A stretch of DNA of 64,000 bases from an uncultured Bacilli bacterium. Its GTDB lineage: Bacteria; Bacillota_I; Bacilli_A; RF39; UBA660. The notes beneath the pieces are model-generated. The model was not told the origin of the DNA, searched no databases, and saw nothing but the letters and a program-made list of their open reading frames with translations. The position numbers and the translations under genes are program-made. Shown here one piece after another: positions 20,490 to 30,928 of this stretch; position 1 is the first letter of the stretch, and every line of letters starts with the position of its first letter. The DNA is taken from positions 5,551 to 69,550 of the forward strand of contig CAJTRV010000004.1 in NCBI GenBank assembly GCA_910578855.1, given 5' to 3'.

Positions 20490-21887
20490 TTATTTCTCCT
20501 CTATTTCATATGTCGTACCAACTCTTGTATCTCGAAGCACAATTCCTTGTTTTAAGAGCTCTGATCGAATTCGATCGGCAGTTGCAAAGTCTTTTTGCTC
20601 TTTGGCTTCTTGACGTTTGGCTATTTGTTCTAAAATATATTGTTCTAAATTTTTATCAACTTCAACTGTTTCTAACAATGACAATGATAAAACAGAATCG
20701 AACTTACGTATCAAATCAAGTTTGGTCGCATTGTTACAATCCAATTTCAAGACATCATATAAAACAGTACAAGCATTGGCAGTATTTAAGTCATCCATTA
20801 ACGCTTCCTGAAATTGCCTGTCATACTGAAAAACGATTTTAGAATCAACTTCTCCACTAGAATCTAATAATAAACCTCGTACCCGCTGTTTTAGTTTTTG
20901 ATATGCCTTCGCCGCACTTTCTAATGATTCATAATGAAACAATAACTGTTTACGATAATGCGAACCAAGACAGAAAAAGCGGTAACTAAGTGGATCAAAG
21001 CCTTTTTCTTCTAAGGTTGCCACCGTAATAAATTCCCCAGTTGACTTACTCATCTTCCCACTTGCTATATTCAAGTGTTCATTATGAACCCAATAGTTAC
21101 ACCATTTATGCCCCAAATAGGCCTCACTTTGGGCAATTTCGTTGGTATGATGGGGAAAAATATTATCAACTCCGCCACAGTGAATATCCAATGTTTCCCC
21201 AAGATGACACATCGAGATACAGGAACATTCAATGTGCCAGCCAGGATAACCAATTCCCCATGGACTATCCCACTTCAGCTCCTGATCATCAAACTTTGAC
21301 TTAGTAAACCACAAAACAAAGTCGGCCTGATTTCGCTTACTATCATCATACTCTACCCCAGCCCGTGCTCCTACTACCAAGTCATCTTCCTGATGATTGG
21401 TCAGTTGATAATAATCATCTAGCTTAGATGTATCAAAATAAATATTACCTTGACTCTCATAGGCATACCCTTTGGCTAGTAACGTCTCAATCATTTTAAT
21501 ATAATCAGCAATATGGCTCGTTGCTGGGGAAACAATATCAGGGTATTTAATATTTAATTTTTCACAGTCTTGAAAAAATGCTTTCGTATATAAATCAGCA
21601 ATTTCTAATACCGTTTTATGTTCCCGTTTGGCCCCCTTTAACATTTTATCTTCACCAGTATCTGCATCACTACTAAGATGTCCAACATCGGTAATATTCA
21701 TCACTCTCGTAACCTCGTATCCGATATACCGTAAAGTCTTTTCTAAAATATCTTCCATAATATAATTACGAAGATTTCCAATATGTGCATAGTGATATAC
21801 CGTCGGACCACAAGTATACATTTTTACTTTTCCTTCTTCAAGGGGAACAAATGGTTCGATCTTTCCAGACAATGTGTTATATAATTT
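20490..21887 (-). CDS. cysS: Cysteine--tRNA ligase CysS.
   Basis: HIGN (HIGH-class) and KMSKS motifs. Start placed at MKLYNTLSG. Confidence 0.9.
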   Translation of the reverse strand, partial: KLYNTLSGKIEPFVPLEEGKVKMYTCGPTVYHYAHIGNLRNYIMEDILEKTLRYIGYEVTRVMNITDVGHLSSDADTGEDKMLKGAKREHKTVLEIADLYTKAFFQDCEKLNIKYPDIVSPATSHIADYIKMIETLLAKGYAYESQGNIYFDTSKLDDYYQLTNHQEDDLVVGARAGVEYDDSKRNQADFVLWFTKSKFDDQELKWDSPWGIGYPGWHIECSCISMCHLGETLDIHCGGVDNIFPHHTNEIAQSEAYLGHKWCNYWVHNEHLNIASGKMSKSTGEFITVATLEEKGFDPLSYRFFCLGSHYRKQLLFHYESLESAAKAYQKLKQRVRGLLLDSSGEVDSKIVFQYDRQFQEALMDDLNTANACTVLYDVLKLDCNNATKLDLIRKFDSVLSLSLLETVEVDKNLEQYILEQIAKRQEAKEQKDFATADRIRSELLKQGIVLRDTRVGTTYEIEEK

Positions 21888-22028
21888 CATAGTTTCCCTC
21901 CACACTATTTATTATATCATATCTCATTTACTTTGGAAATATGTTCGACATCTCTATATTCCGCTATATTTATGGTACCTAGACCAAAAAGATTTAAAAC
22001 TATTTTTACATCTTCTTAAAGTAAGTAT

Positions 22029-22907
22029 TTGAATATTCATCCCCAACATGTTATAATACAACCATTCCAAGTCACGCTTTTAAATACCATAAAAAGAAGT
22101 GAGGAAAATATAATATATATATCTTACTATTTATGTATATTATATTACTTTATAATGAAATATAATTTAGACAAAGAGGCGGCGCTATTTATCGATAGAA
22201 TTAATCATGGTTTTTTCTACCAAGATTACCTAAAAAACGGGGCAAAAAGTTATCACGATACCGGAAAAGCAGACCAAGATGTCCAGACGTTCCTTGATTG
22301 TATGCTTTTAGATTTTCCTGATTTATTCGCCCAGGAAACCCCTTATACAATTAATGTCAAATACAGCGAATTATTAGATCCAATTTATTTTGAAACAATG
22401 AAAAATAGATATAAAATGATTCTAGAAGAAATGATAGCTTTCATTGAAAAAGGTAATCATGAAAATAATTTAATTATAAATACCAATCTTTTAAGTCAGG
22501 CTATTTTGGATTACTTTCTTAATATTCAACATTTAAAGAGTATTTATAATGTTTACAATGTTAACACCGATATCATCTATGCTGATACAGCATTCTGGCT
22601 CTTACGAAAGAAGCCTATTCAAGTTATCCCTACTTTGAATCATGATGAAATAACAATTCCAAACCAAAAGGAAGCAATCAATCAATTCCTATTTATCAAT
22701 GAAGAGTTTGTTGCTTTCCAAATGATAAGTAATCTTTTATCAGACTTAGAAATTAATCCATTCTTATTAAAAACGGAAGAAACACATCTTACTGAGTTTT
22801 ATAATCATTTATTATACTATTTTAAAAATTATGATTTCACATCATTCCATTTAGAGTTAATGGTGAAGGGATTTAGATCCGGCTATACATTCGGTAAAAG
22901 AAAATAA
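22029..22907 (+). CDS. Hypothetical protein (start uncertain; possibly the internal MKYNL at about 22154).
   Basis: 292-aa ORF with no clear RBS at the annotated start and no recognisable family. Confidence 0.35.
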   Translation: MNIHPQHVIIQPFQVTLLNTIKRSEENIIYISYYLCILYYFIMKYNLDKEAALFIDRINHGFFYQDYLKNGAKSYHDTGKADQDVQTFLDCMLLDFPDLFAQETPYTINVKYSELLDPIYFETMKNRYKMILEEMIAFIEKGNHENNLIINTNLLSQAILDYFLNIQHLKSIYNVYNVNTDIIYADTAFWLLRKKPIQVIPTLNHDEITIPNQKEAINQFLFINEEFVAFQMISNLLSDLEINPFLLKTEETHLTEFYNHLLYYFKNYDFTSFHLELMVKGFRSGYTFGKRK

Positions 22908-23061
22908 TTTTAATACCTTTCATGCCAAAATAAAAGACTAAATAGCAAAGTTGATTTTCAAAACCGCCTTTGCTACTAGCCTATAAAATTTTAAAATAAA
23001 CCGGTTTATTACAATTGGGAACTTTTCTAAAGTTGCCAGGATCGATTATATATCCCATTGT

Positions 23062-24021
23062 TTAAGAAATTATCTCATAATCTAACAATTCAATTTGATT
23101 AGATAAATAAGCTGCATCAGAATTGATCTCATCGGCATACGAAGTAGATAAATATTTTTTATTATCATCAGGAAAAACGGTTGCAACTACTCCAGGATAA
23201 TCAGCTTGTTCTAAGACAGCTGCTAAAAAATTAGCACCCGAAGAAATTCCTACGCCAAGTCCAAGTTTGGCTGCTAAGAGCCTTGCCATATTAACTGCAT
23301 CATCATCATTAATTAATCGAACATCATCTAATAATGATTGATCGACTAATTCAGGAATAAAATCATCGCCAATTCCCTCAATTTTATGTTGACCGAGTAT
23401 CGCTCCATTTGTCAGCATTGGCATCTTATCAGGTTCTAAAGCTACAACCCGAATACGAGGGTTATTCTCTTTGAGATAAGAGCCAATCCCCATTAATGTT
23501 CCACCCGTTCCAATCCCTGATACAAAACTCGTAACACCAGGAAGCGATTTATATATCTCTAAAGCGGTACTTTTATAATGGGCCTTTCGATTATCAGAAT
23601 TTGAAAATTGATCAGGTCGATATCCACCAAGTGTTTTCGCTAAGGCATCTGCTTTTGCAATACACCCAGCAAACCCACCTTCTGCTTTAGATACCAGTGT
23701 AAGATGGGCGCCATATCGCTTCATCATAAGTTGTCGTTCTTTGCTACACCAATCTGGCATAAAAATATAAACTGAGTGATGATAACGAGCTCCTAACGCT
23801 GCAATCGATATTCCTGTATTCCCACTCGTTGCTTCGATAATCGGCATACCATCTTTTAACATTCCCGTTTGTTTGGCATTCGTTAATATATAATCGACCA
23901 TTCGGTCTTTAATGCTACCTGATAAATTATAGTACTCTAATTTGGTATAACATGAGCCCATCACTCCTTGATATCGATAGTTTATTTTGATCATTGGGGT
24001 ATTTCCAATTAATGTTGTCAT
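23062..24021 (-). CDS. cysK: Cysteine synthase / O-acetylserine sulfhydrylase (PLP-dependent).
   Basis: SGSIKDRM (PLP lysine) and GNTGISIAALGA glycine loop. Start placed at MTTLIGNTPM. Confidence 0.85.
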   Translation of the reverse strand: MTTLIGNTPMIKINYRYQGVMGSCYTKLEYYNLSGSIKDRMVDYILTNAKQTGMLKDGMPIIEATSGNTGISIAALGARYHHSVYIFMPDWCSKERQLMMKRYGAHLTLVSKAEGGFAGCIAKADALAKTLGGYRPDQFSNSDNRKAHYKSTALEIYKSLPGVTSFVSGIGTGGTLMGIGSYLKENNPRIRVVALEPDKMPMLTNGAILGQHKIEGIGDDFIPELVDQSLLDDVRLINDDDAVNMARLLAAKLGLGVGISSGANFLAAVLEQADYPGVVATVFPDDNKKYLSTSYADEINSDAAYLSNQIELLDYEIIS

Positions 24022-24139
24022 CTTTTTCCTCACTTTCACATATATTATTATAGCCAATTTTTAAATAATTGCCCTCTTTTTTAGAAATAATGTTGCAAAA
24101 TCATCAAACTTATGATATTATTAAATAGCGATGTATCTT

Positions 24140-24216
24140 GGACCTTTAGCTCAGTTGGTTAGAGCATCCGGCTCATAACCGGACGGTCGATGGTTCGAGT
24201 CCATCAAGGTCCACCA
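24140..24216 (+). tRNA. tRNA with CAT anticodon. Most similar to the lysidine-modified tRNA-Ile2 type; elongator tRNA-Met cannot be excluded.
   Basis: Cloverleaf ggaccttTAGCTCAGTTGGTtAGAGC...ggCTCATAAcc...GGTTCGAGTCC...aaggtccACCA. Closely resembles the B. subtilis tRNA-Ile(CAU) sequence. Confidence 0.8.
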
Positions 24217-24222
24217 TTACTT

Positions 24223-24307
24223 GCGAGTGTGGCGAAATTGGCAGACGCACTAGACTTAGGATCTAGCGCCTTATGGCATGGGGGTTCAAGTCCCTTCACT
24301 CGCACCA
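24223..24307 (+). tRNA. tRNA-Leu (anticodon TAG), a class II tRNA with a long variable arm.
   Basis: Acceptor stem gcgagtg/cactcgc plus CCA. Anticodon loop cTTAGGa. TPsiC arm GGTTCAAGTCC. Confidence 0.85.
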
Positions 24308-24439
24308 TCGATGAATCTGTTCGAACTATTCGAACTTCATATATAAATATCAACTCAATTTGGGTTGATTTTTTCGTTATATGGAAAATCATCCTACTAA
24401 GAAAAGCTAGTGTCTATGATAAACATTATTAAGCAAGAA

Positions 24440-25100
24440 ATAACTTTTGATGAATCTTTAAAATAAAAATTAGAGTTTATCTATAGTTTTTGCAATACTA
24501 CATCTACTATTTATAATGAATTTATCATATTTCTTCATTATTCTTATCTCCAATGATATCATACTAAGATGTATCACAAGGGTAAATTTTTCATTAAAAA
24601 ACGTCTATACCCAAAACTGCACCAGCGTATTTTGACCAAGTTACTTTAAATTCACTTTGGACTACTTTTAGATTAGCAGTAAATTTTATAGTCTTTACTT
24701 GGAACATATTTTAAGAAATTTCTAATTAAACGTACAATACATCTTTGTACAATAACACCTTTAAAGATTCCTTTTGCACCATCCTCAATACCACTGACTT
24801 CATCCATAGAAATAAAGAATATGTCTTCAACACCACGAGTTTTTATCTCATCAAATATTTGCACCCAAGAATGCTTCGATTCTGTCTCATTTAACCAGAT
24901 ACCAGTGAGATCCCTATGACTATCATCATATCCAAGTATTATATAAACAGCACTTTCCGTACGTTCAGATTCATAACACATCATAACATACACATTTCAC
25001 CCTGTAGCATCACCTCAAACATAGGAACAAATACATCTTTTAATACATCCGGCACTTCTTTAGTAGTTTCTGGTTGATAAACACCTAACATTGATTGAAA
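24440..25100 (-). mobile_element. Decayed IS256-family insertion sequence. Includes the internal transposase fragment ORF 24673..24993.
   Basis: The 106-aa ORF AVYIILGYDDSHRDLTGIWLNETESKHSWVQIFDEIKTRGVEDIFFISMDEV...IVRLIRNFLKYVPSKDYK aligns to the central DDE region of IS256 transposases. The flanks contain out-of-frame remnants. Confidence 0.6.
24673..24993 (-). pseudogene. IS256-family transposase fragment (central region only).
   Basis: See the mobile element above. The ORF is truncated at both ends relative to a ~390-aa transposase. Confidence 0.6.
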
Positions 25101-25210
25101 TAGCTCATTTTACTTCTCATACTTTTACCTCTTTCATTTATTTTATCACACTATAAAAGTGCGTAGCTTTTACTAGACTACACACTTTATTTTACGCACT
25201 CTCGACTTAA

Positions 25211-25645
25211 TTATAATTTGATGCTAATATTTTTAGTTGCTCCCTGATTACCAGTTGCAAATACTTTTATACTTTCTGGATCTGTTAAAAAGTACATGTT
25301 GTAAACTACTTTTTCCCTTATTAATTGTAACCATTTATTATCATCATCAACCATAGATCTACCAAACCTTGAAATTAGAACTAAATCGTCACCAATTTCA
25401 GTTATGTTTCTTTTTATTGTATCAACGTCATTGTGAATAAATCCACATGCATCTGAACAAGCTAAAAGATAATCTAGCGCCTGAAAATCTTCTAAACTTT
25501 GAAGTCGATTCCAAAGCCTACCACTTTTTAAAGTCGTCAAACTTGCTAAACTTATCAATAGATGTTCATCAATCCCTAACTCTTGTAAGATAAATGTCGT
25601 CAGTATTGATATATAATATCTCTAAAGTTTAAAAATAACTAAAAA
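25211..25645 (-). pseudogene. Hypothetical gene fragment lacking a start codon, possibly a remnant of a mobile or defence gene.
   Basis: The 115-aa ORF reading frame stays open upstream to about 25645 (..LTTFILQELGIDEHLLISLASL..) without an ATG or RBS. AT-rich islet context. Confidence 0.3.
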
Positions 25646-26650
25646 TTATAATAGCGTTTTTAATACTAAGTCAATTAAAAAAGAGATCGTTTTAGATTTT
25701 CCATAAAATTGATAAAAAAAGTTTCTAATATAGGTATTATAAATTAAGAATTTTGATATTCTATGATTAAAAATTATAAATCTATCCTTCCACATTCGAA
25801 CTTTATAAAACCAATTCATTGATTTTGATAAATTATAAGAAGATGATACAGCATAATAAATTCCCTCACCACTTACTGGAGAAATAAGACCTGCGGCATC
25901 TCCTACAAAAAATATATCCCCTTTTCTCAGAAAAATATTATTCCCTGTTGGCAAAAAGGCTCCCCTCATAGGAATATCATTCTTTAAATAAAAATGATTT
26001 AAAAATATATTTTGAATATCCGTATTTTGAGAAACATCTCCCAACCCCCTCAAATTAGTTTTATTATTTGAAATAGTCCAAGCATATCCTTTGAAATGAT
26101 TAAAAAAATCTATTTGAATTATTTCGTTTTTTATGGCATTTTCACTTTCAATAGCAAAATTCATTTTCTGACGTTTACCTGTCAAATCATTTCTTACTTT
26201 ACTAAAAACCCCGTCTGCCCCAACTAAATGATTATATTTAAAAGCTTTCTCAGAAGTATATATAATTTTATTTTTAAAATCTATTTTTTCATAACTAGTG
26301 TTATCAATAACTTTCCCACCACATTGTTTAAACTGATTAACTACAAAATCGTCCAAATCTTTTCTATCTATTGTATATATCGAATGCATCTTTATTTCTT
26401 TTGTAATTCCATTATTATTAACCTTAAAAGTATCAAATTTTTTAAAATCTATTTTTGCAAGTTCTGTTCCATATATTTTAAATAAAAGTTTATATGCCTT
26501 CGTTGTAACGATCCCCCCACATAATTTGTTTTTCTTTTTTAAATCTTGACTTTCAACAATCATTACAGTTTGTTTTTTATTTAGAAGAAGATTACCCAAA
26601 GTGCATCCTGCTAATCCCGCTCCTATTATTATAGTATCAAAATACTCCAT
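25646..26650 (-). CDS. FAD-dependent oxidoreductase of the geranylgeranyl-reductase-like family.
   Basis: N-terminal dinucleotide-binding motif IIIGAGLAGCTLG. GDAAG motif (FFVGDAAGLISPVSGEGIYYA). Very AT-rich codon usage, distinct from the core genes. Confidence 0.65.
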   Translation of the reverse strand: MEYFDTIIIGAGLAGCTLGNLLLNKKQTVMIVESQDLKKKNKLCGGIVTTKAYKLLFKIYGTELAKIDFKKFDTFKVNNNGITKEIKMHSIYTIDRKDLDDFVVNQFKQCGGKVIDNTSYEKIDFKNKIIYTSEKAFKYNHLVGADGVFSKVRNDLTGKRQKMNFAIESENAIKNEIIQIDFFNHFKGYAWTISNNKTNLRGLGDVSQNTDIQNIFLNHFYLKNDIPMRGAFLPTGNNIFLRKGDIFFVGDAAGLISPVSGEGIYYAVSSSYNLSKSMNWFYKVRMWKDRFIIFNHRISKFLIYNTYIRNFFYQFYGKSKTISFLIDLVLKTLL

Positions 26651-26937
26651 TTTAACCTCCGATATTTAAATTTTTCCTTTTGATAATTATACCATTTTTT
26701 ATAAATTTATAATAGAATACTAAAATCTTTTTATATGCTTTTTATTTAACCAAAAGTTACATAATTATAATCGATATCGTAAATATAGTATTAAATCAAT
26801 ATAGCTCCATCTTATCCTATTGTATACAACTCTATCTAATTACCGATCCCTGTCCCCTAACCTCATCAAAAATACACGTTATTCATAAAAAATATGCTAT
26901 AATAGTTATAATCATTTTAACCATTGGAGGTGTTGGA

Positions 26938-27537
26938 TTGTCAAAGATATCAAATGTTATAACAATGCTTAATCTTCTAGCAACTGGTAAAAAATATGGC
27001 ATTAAAGAACTCGCTAATCTGCTAGAAGTATCACCAAGAATGATTAGAATATATAAAGAAGAGTTAGAAAAAGCAGGAATCTATATTGATTCTATTATGG
27101 GACCATATGGAGGATATGTCTTAAATCAAACAATTAGAATTCCAAAACGTAAATTTAAACAAGAAGATTATCTATTACTCGATCAACTACTAACGAATCA
27201 TATTTCTAATCTAGAAAAAGAAAAACTAGAACTATTAAAAGATAAAATTAGAGGTATCTACATTGGAAGTACCCAAGAAAGAGTCGAATTAAATTTGGAC
27301 GATTACAATTTAAAAAAATATAATATTTTAACACGAGCCATTAAAGAAAGACAAAAAGTAAATACCTTATATTATTCTTATAACAAAGGTGAACATGAAA
27401 GAGTAATCTGTCCAGCTGAAATGTTTTTATTTAAAGATGGCTGGTATTGTGCCGCCTATTGCACCCTTAAACACGATATGAGACACTTTGAATTAAAACG
27501 AATTAGAAATATAGAACTTTTAGATGATAAATTTTAG
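26938..27537 (+). CDS. HTH plus WYL-domain transcriptional regulator (YafY-like).
   Basis: TTG start 7 nt after GGAGG. N-terminal HTH_11-like region (ITMLNLLATGKKYGIKELANLLEVSPRMIRIYKEEL). C-terminal WYL-like segment (DGWYCAAYC...RHFELKRI). Confidence 0.65.
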   Translation: MSKISNVITMLNLLATGKKYGIKELANLLEVSPRMIRIYKEELEKAGIYIDSIMGPYGGYVLNQTIRIPKRKFKQEDYLLLDQLLTNHISNLEKEKLELLKDKIRGIYIGSTQERVELNLDDYNLKKYNILTRAIKERQKVNTLYYSYNKGEHERVICPAEMFLFKDGWYCAAYCTLKHDMRHFELKRIRNIELLDDKF

Positions 27538-27595
27538 AGTAGACCATATATTACCTCCTTACGTGATAAGATTCATGTAGGAGGTAATTTTAATT

Positions 27596-28510
27596 ATGAA
27601 AGACAATATGAATGATAATTTTTCTAAATTACAAGCAAGAGTCTTCGATTCTATAGGCAAAACAGATTTACTAGCAATACGAAATATTTTATCTACAATA
27701 AAGGACCCTACACTGGTAAGTGGGGTCGGTGGTTCATCCGTAGTGAGTTTATTTTTATCCAAAGTATTAAGTGCTAAAAATAATATTATATGTGAAGATG
27801 TGACCCCAAGAGACTTAAATTATAAAAATTTACAAGGTTTTAAAAATATCATCGTCTGTAGTTATGGAGGGCTTAACTATGGTGTTACAACAGCCTTTAA
27901 TCATGATTTAACAAAATATTTATTGGCTAGGAACACCAAAGACGAAATCATCAATCTTCAATATCAAAACGATGATCTAGAAAAAAGTTTTATTTCACTG
28001 GCGGCAACTTTAATCCCAATGACTATTTCCTTGATGTATTATTTGGACAATGATCCTACGATTATCTATGAAATTTTGAATTCATCACCTCAGTTTGATT
28101 TTATCGATCATGATATCTATGAAATATTGACTGGATACGAAACGAGCACAGCCGCAAGATTCATGGAATCAACCCTAGTCGAAGCAGGGCTTGCAATTCC
28201 TATCCTCCACGATAAATATGACTATTGTCATGGAAGAACAACATTAGGCTTTCAACAAGATCATGGTTTACTATTCTTTAATAATCATAATGAGTTAGAC
28301 CAACTATATAGCGAGATACTAAATCATGCCTATCACAACATCATCACAATCGATCGAAAATATGATGATCATATTATTAACGATTATTATTTTACCTATA
28401 TAAGTATGCTATTATGTAAGAAAATTGCCGAACAAAAAGGAAAAGATTTATCAAATGTAAGTTATTCGCCACTCGTCAAAAAACTATATTTTTATAAAGG
28501 AGAAATGTAA
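27596..28510 (+). CDS. Hypothetical protein co-operonic with the WYL regulator, with a weak Rossmann / SIS-like G-x-G-x-S motif.
   Basis: RBS GGAGG upstream. VSGVGGSSVVSLFL and IIVCSYGG glycine-rich segments. No confident family assignment. Confidence 0.4.
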   Translation: MKDNMNDNFSKLQARVFDSIGKTDLLAIRNILSTIKDPTLVSGVGGSSVVSLFLSKVLSAKNNIICEDVTPRDLNYKNLQGFKNIIVCSYGGLNYGVTTAFNHDLTKYLLARNTKDEIINLQYQNDDLEKSFISLAATLIPMTISLMYYLDNDPTIIYEILNSSPQFDFIDHDIYEILTGYETSTAARFMESTLVEAGLAIPILHDKYDYCHGRTTLGFQQDHGLLFFNNHNELDQLYSEILNHAYHNIITIDRKYDDHIINDYYFTYISMLLCKKIAEQKGKDLSNVSYSPLVKKLYFYKGEM

Positions 28511-28523
28511 AAAAAGTCTACAA

Positions 28524-29480
28524 TTAAATAGACTTTTTGATTTCATTCTTCTCAGGATAGATCGCAAATAAAACAATTTCCGTTGGAAAAATATTACTAC
28601 CATAAAATCTTAAATAAAATTCATATCCGGGACAAATCTCCTCGATCATTTTAGGAATTTTCCACAAATCCTCATGGTTATGGTAAACAGATAGTAATAA
28701 TTTAGGATGATCTTCTACAATATGTCGCCGACACCCTAATAATGCTTTCGTCTCTGCCCCTTCAATATCCATTTTCACCATTGTAATTGGTTCACTAATA
28801 TCATCATCCAAGGTTACCGTTTCGACAAATGTATTCCCATTGTCTACTAACACATTGGCAGAAGCATTGACCCTATTCGTATCCATCGAGACAACTTCTT
28901 GTCGATCAGTCACAGCTTTTTTACGACATACAATATTGGGATAATCTTTGACATTTGTTTGGAGATTTAAAAATGTCTCATCCGTCATTTCGTAACAATA
29001 AATTTTTTGATAAGCATCCAAGCCATAACTATGAATAAAGTCTAAGGTCGAATCACCAATATAAGCTCCAACATCAACCAATATTTCTTGATCACAAGTC
29101 ACAATATCTAAATCAAAATAGTGACAATAAGTTTGATCCATTAACTCCTTTAAAGTTGTAAAATCGTAATCATACCAATTATATAATATAGCAAATAATA
29201 ATTTTTTTGAACGATAATCTTTTAAGTGTTGATATAACCAGCGATAATCATCAATATGATCATGAAGTGATTCTGCTTTATTATGAATCTCTTCATATAC
29301 TTTCTTCTGATCATCTAATACACCCCAATAAGGAAAATCAGATAAGAATTGTTCCATTGACTGTTTCACTGCTAGTGGAAGTAGCTGGTACTTCTTCTTG
29401 ATATGTTCAAATACTTCTATCTTCGTTTTTCCTTTTATTTCCGAAGTTAACCATTCAAAATTGCGATCCACATAATTCAT
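28524..29480 (-). CDS. FkbM-family methyltransferase.
   Basis: VDVGAYIGDSTL and KMDIEGAE are hallmark FkbM motifs. Confidence 0.7.
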   Translation of the reverse strand: MNYVDRNFEWLTSEIKGKTKIEVFEHIKKKYQLLPLAVKQSMEQFLSDFPYWGVLDDQKKVYEEIHNKAESLHDHIDDYRWLYQHLKDYRSKKLLFAILYNWYDYDFTTLKELMDQTYCHYFDLDIVTCDQEILVDVGAYIGDSTLDFIHSYGLDAYQKIYCYEMTDETFLNLQTNVKDYPNIVCRKKAVTDRQEVVSMDTNRVNASANVLVDNGNTFVETVTLDDDISEPITMVKMDIEGAETKALLGCRRHIVEDHPKLLLSVYHNHEDLWKIPKMIEEICPGYEFYLRFYGSNIFPTEIVLFAIYPEKNEIKKSI

Positions 29481-29586
29481 CTTCTCACATCCTATTTCTT
29501 TACATCATATTCTAAACTTGAAAAATGATACCAATAATTGATTAAAGAATCGGAAACGTCCATAAATAATATTATGAACGTTTTTT

Positions 29587-30819
29587 TTATTCATTAAAAA
29601 TTCCTTTTAACATATTGGATACCGCAACAAAAATAGCTGATATTCGATACCAAGTAGCAAAGTTAACAATTCCTGTAACTGGTAGATTAAAAACACGTTG
29701 AAATACCTTTACGGCCTCGATCGTATCTGGGCCATATATTCCATTGGCCTTTTGAATGGAAGGAATAGCAGGATAACTCCCTCTAATTTTATTCAATGCA
29801 TTTTGTAATAGTTGAACTTCTTCACCACATGCCCCTTCTGTCAAATTATAACCTGGAAACGAAGTTGGCAACCCTGGGACAATTTCAGCTGTAACAAGCT
29901 CGATGGTATTTCCATAATAATAACGAACAATTTGTAGAGAATTATAACCTTGGTCCCCTAGTGACTTAGACCCCCACTGACTAAGCCAACCTTCTCGCAC
30001 TACATTAATTCCATCACTATATTGGGCAAAAAAAGGATAAGAACGTCCAGGAAATTTTAAATATTCCATAAATACTTCATCGACTACATTAGATATGGTA
30101 TCAAAAATTGTTCGATTATGAGAATATTTTTGATCATATGCAGTCGAAGAGGTAATCGTAAAATTATACCCTTTAGAGTAATACCATTCCGTATAGACCC
30201 GATTTAAAGTAAATGATACAATCGCATGGACATTGGCCTTTAGTGTTTCTCTAGGCCAACTAGGATAAATTTCTGACGATGTGACATTCTTGATATAATC
30301 TGAAAATGATACATAATAATTTGGAGCATAAGTATCCGTAGGAATTCCATCATGAACAATAATATATTCGGGAATGACAACCCGGGGTAATACCTTAGAT
30401 TCCAATGATCCTATCTCTGGATGTTCAACAATTTTGGGAACTTCATTGTCCCATATCGTTGGTGGTGGGACAATTGTTGTTATCTTTCCTGATCCCCCTG
30501 TTGTTGTACTGAGATATACATCCTGAATCGATGTAATACCAGCATAAACTTGAACCCCGAGAACGGTTCCGGTTCCAAGGCCATCTTTGGTTACGGTAAC
30601 ATTATACGTCTCCCAAGGTTGAACTATCGTCTGTGGTTCTAAAGAGTATTCGATATTAGGTGCTTCAAGAGCAATCGCCTCCGTCCTTCCAGATTCATCA
30701 GTAACAACATTAATATTGGTATTATTTCCACTAATATTCACTCTGGCCCCCATTAATGGTTGCGCAACATTATCTACAAACACATTCACAACCAAATGTC
30801 CAATTGCCATAACACTCAA
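29587..30819 (-). CDS. SpoIID/LytB-domain protein with a C-terminal peptidoglycan-binding (PG_binding_1) domain.
   Basis: EIYPSWPRETLKANVHAIVSFTLNRV resembles the SpoIID region (...EALKAQAVAARTYA). C-terminal GEEVQLLQNALN...PDTIEAVKVFQ is PG_binding_1-like. Confidence 0.55.
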   Translation of the reverse strand: MSVMAIGHLVVNVFVDNVAQPLMGARVNISGNNTNINVVTDESGRTEAIALEAPNIEYSLEPQTIVQPWETYNVTVTKDGLGTGTVLGVQVYAGITSIQDVYLSTTTGGSGKITTIVPPPTIWDNEVPKIVEHPEIGSLESKVLPRVVIPEYIIVHDGIPTDTYAPNYYVSFSDYIKNVTSSEIYPSWPRETLKANVHAIVSFTLNRVYTEWYYSKGYNFTITSSTAYDQKYSHNRTIFDTISNVVDEVFMEYLKFPGRSYPFFAQYSDGINVVREGWLSQWGSKSLGDQGYNSLQIVRYYYGNTIELVTAEIVPGLPTSFPGYNLTEGACGEEVQLLQNALNKIRGSYPAIPSIQKANGIYGPDTIEAVKVFQRVFNLPVTGIVNFATWYRISAIFVAVSNMLKGIFNE

Positions 30820-30928
30820 ATCCTTTCTTTCTATAATTCAATATATGTTTTTTAACAACTAATATCATTAAAAGACAACATTTTTCATCTTTCTAATATA
30901 ATACAAGTAATAGAGATGGGGTTATAAA

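Noticed and set aside
21888-22028. Possible T-box leader upstream of cysS.
   Set aside because: The leader is only about 140 nt and lacks the T-box consensus (AATTAGGGTGGNACCGCG) and a specifier/antiterminator architecture.
24190-24432. Track ORFs 24190..24432 (+) and 24204..24392 (-) overlapping the tRNA genes.
   Set aside because: They lie entirely within or astride two well-formed tRNA cloverleafs (CAT and TAG anticodons). They have no RBS and are artefacts of ORF calling over structured RNA.
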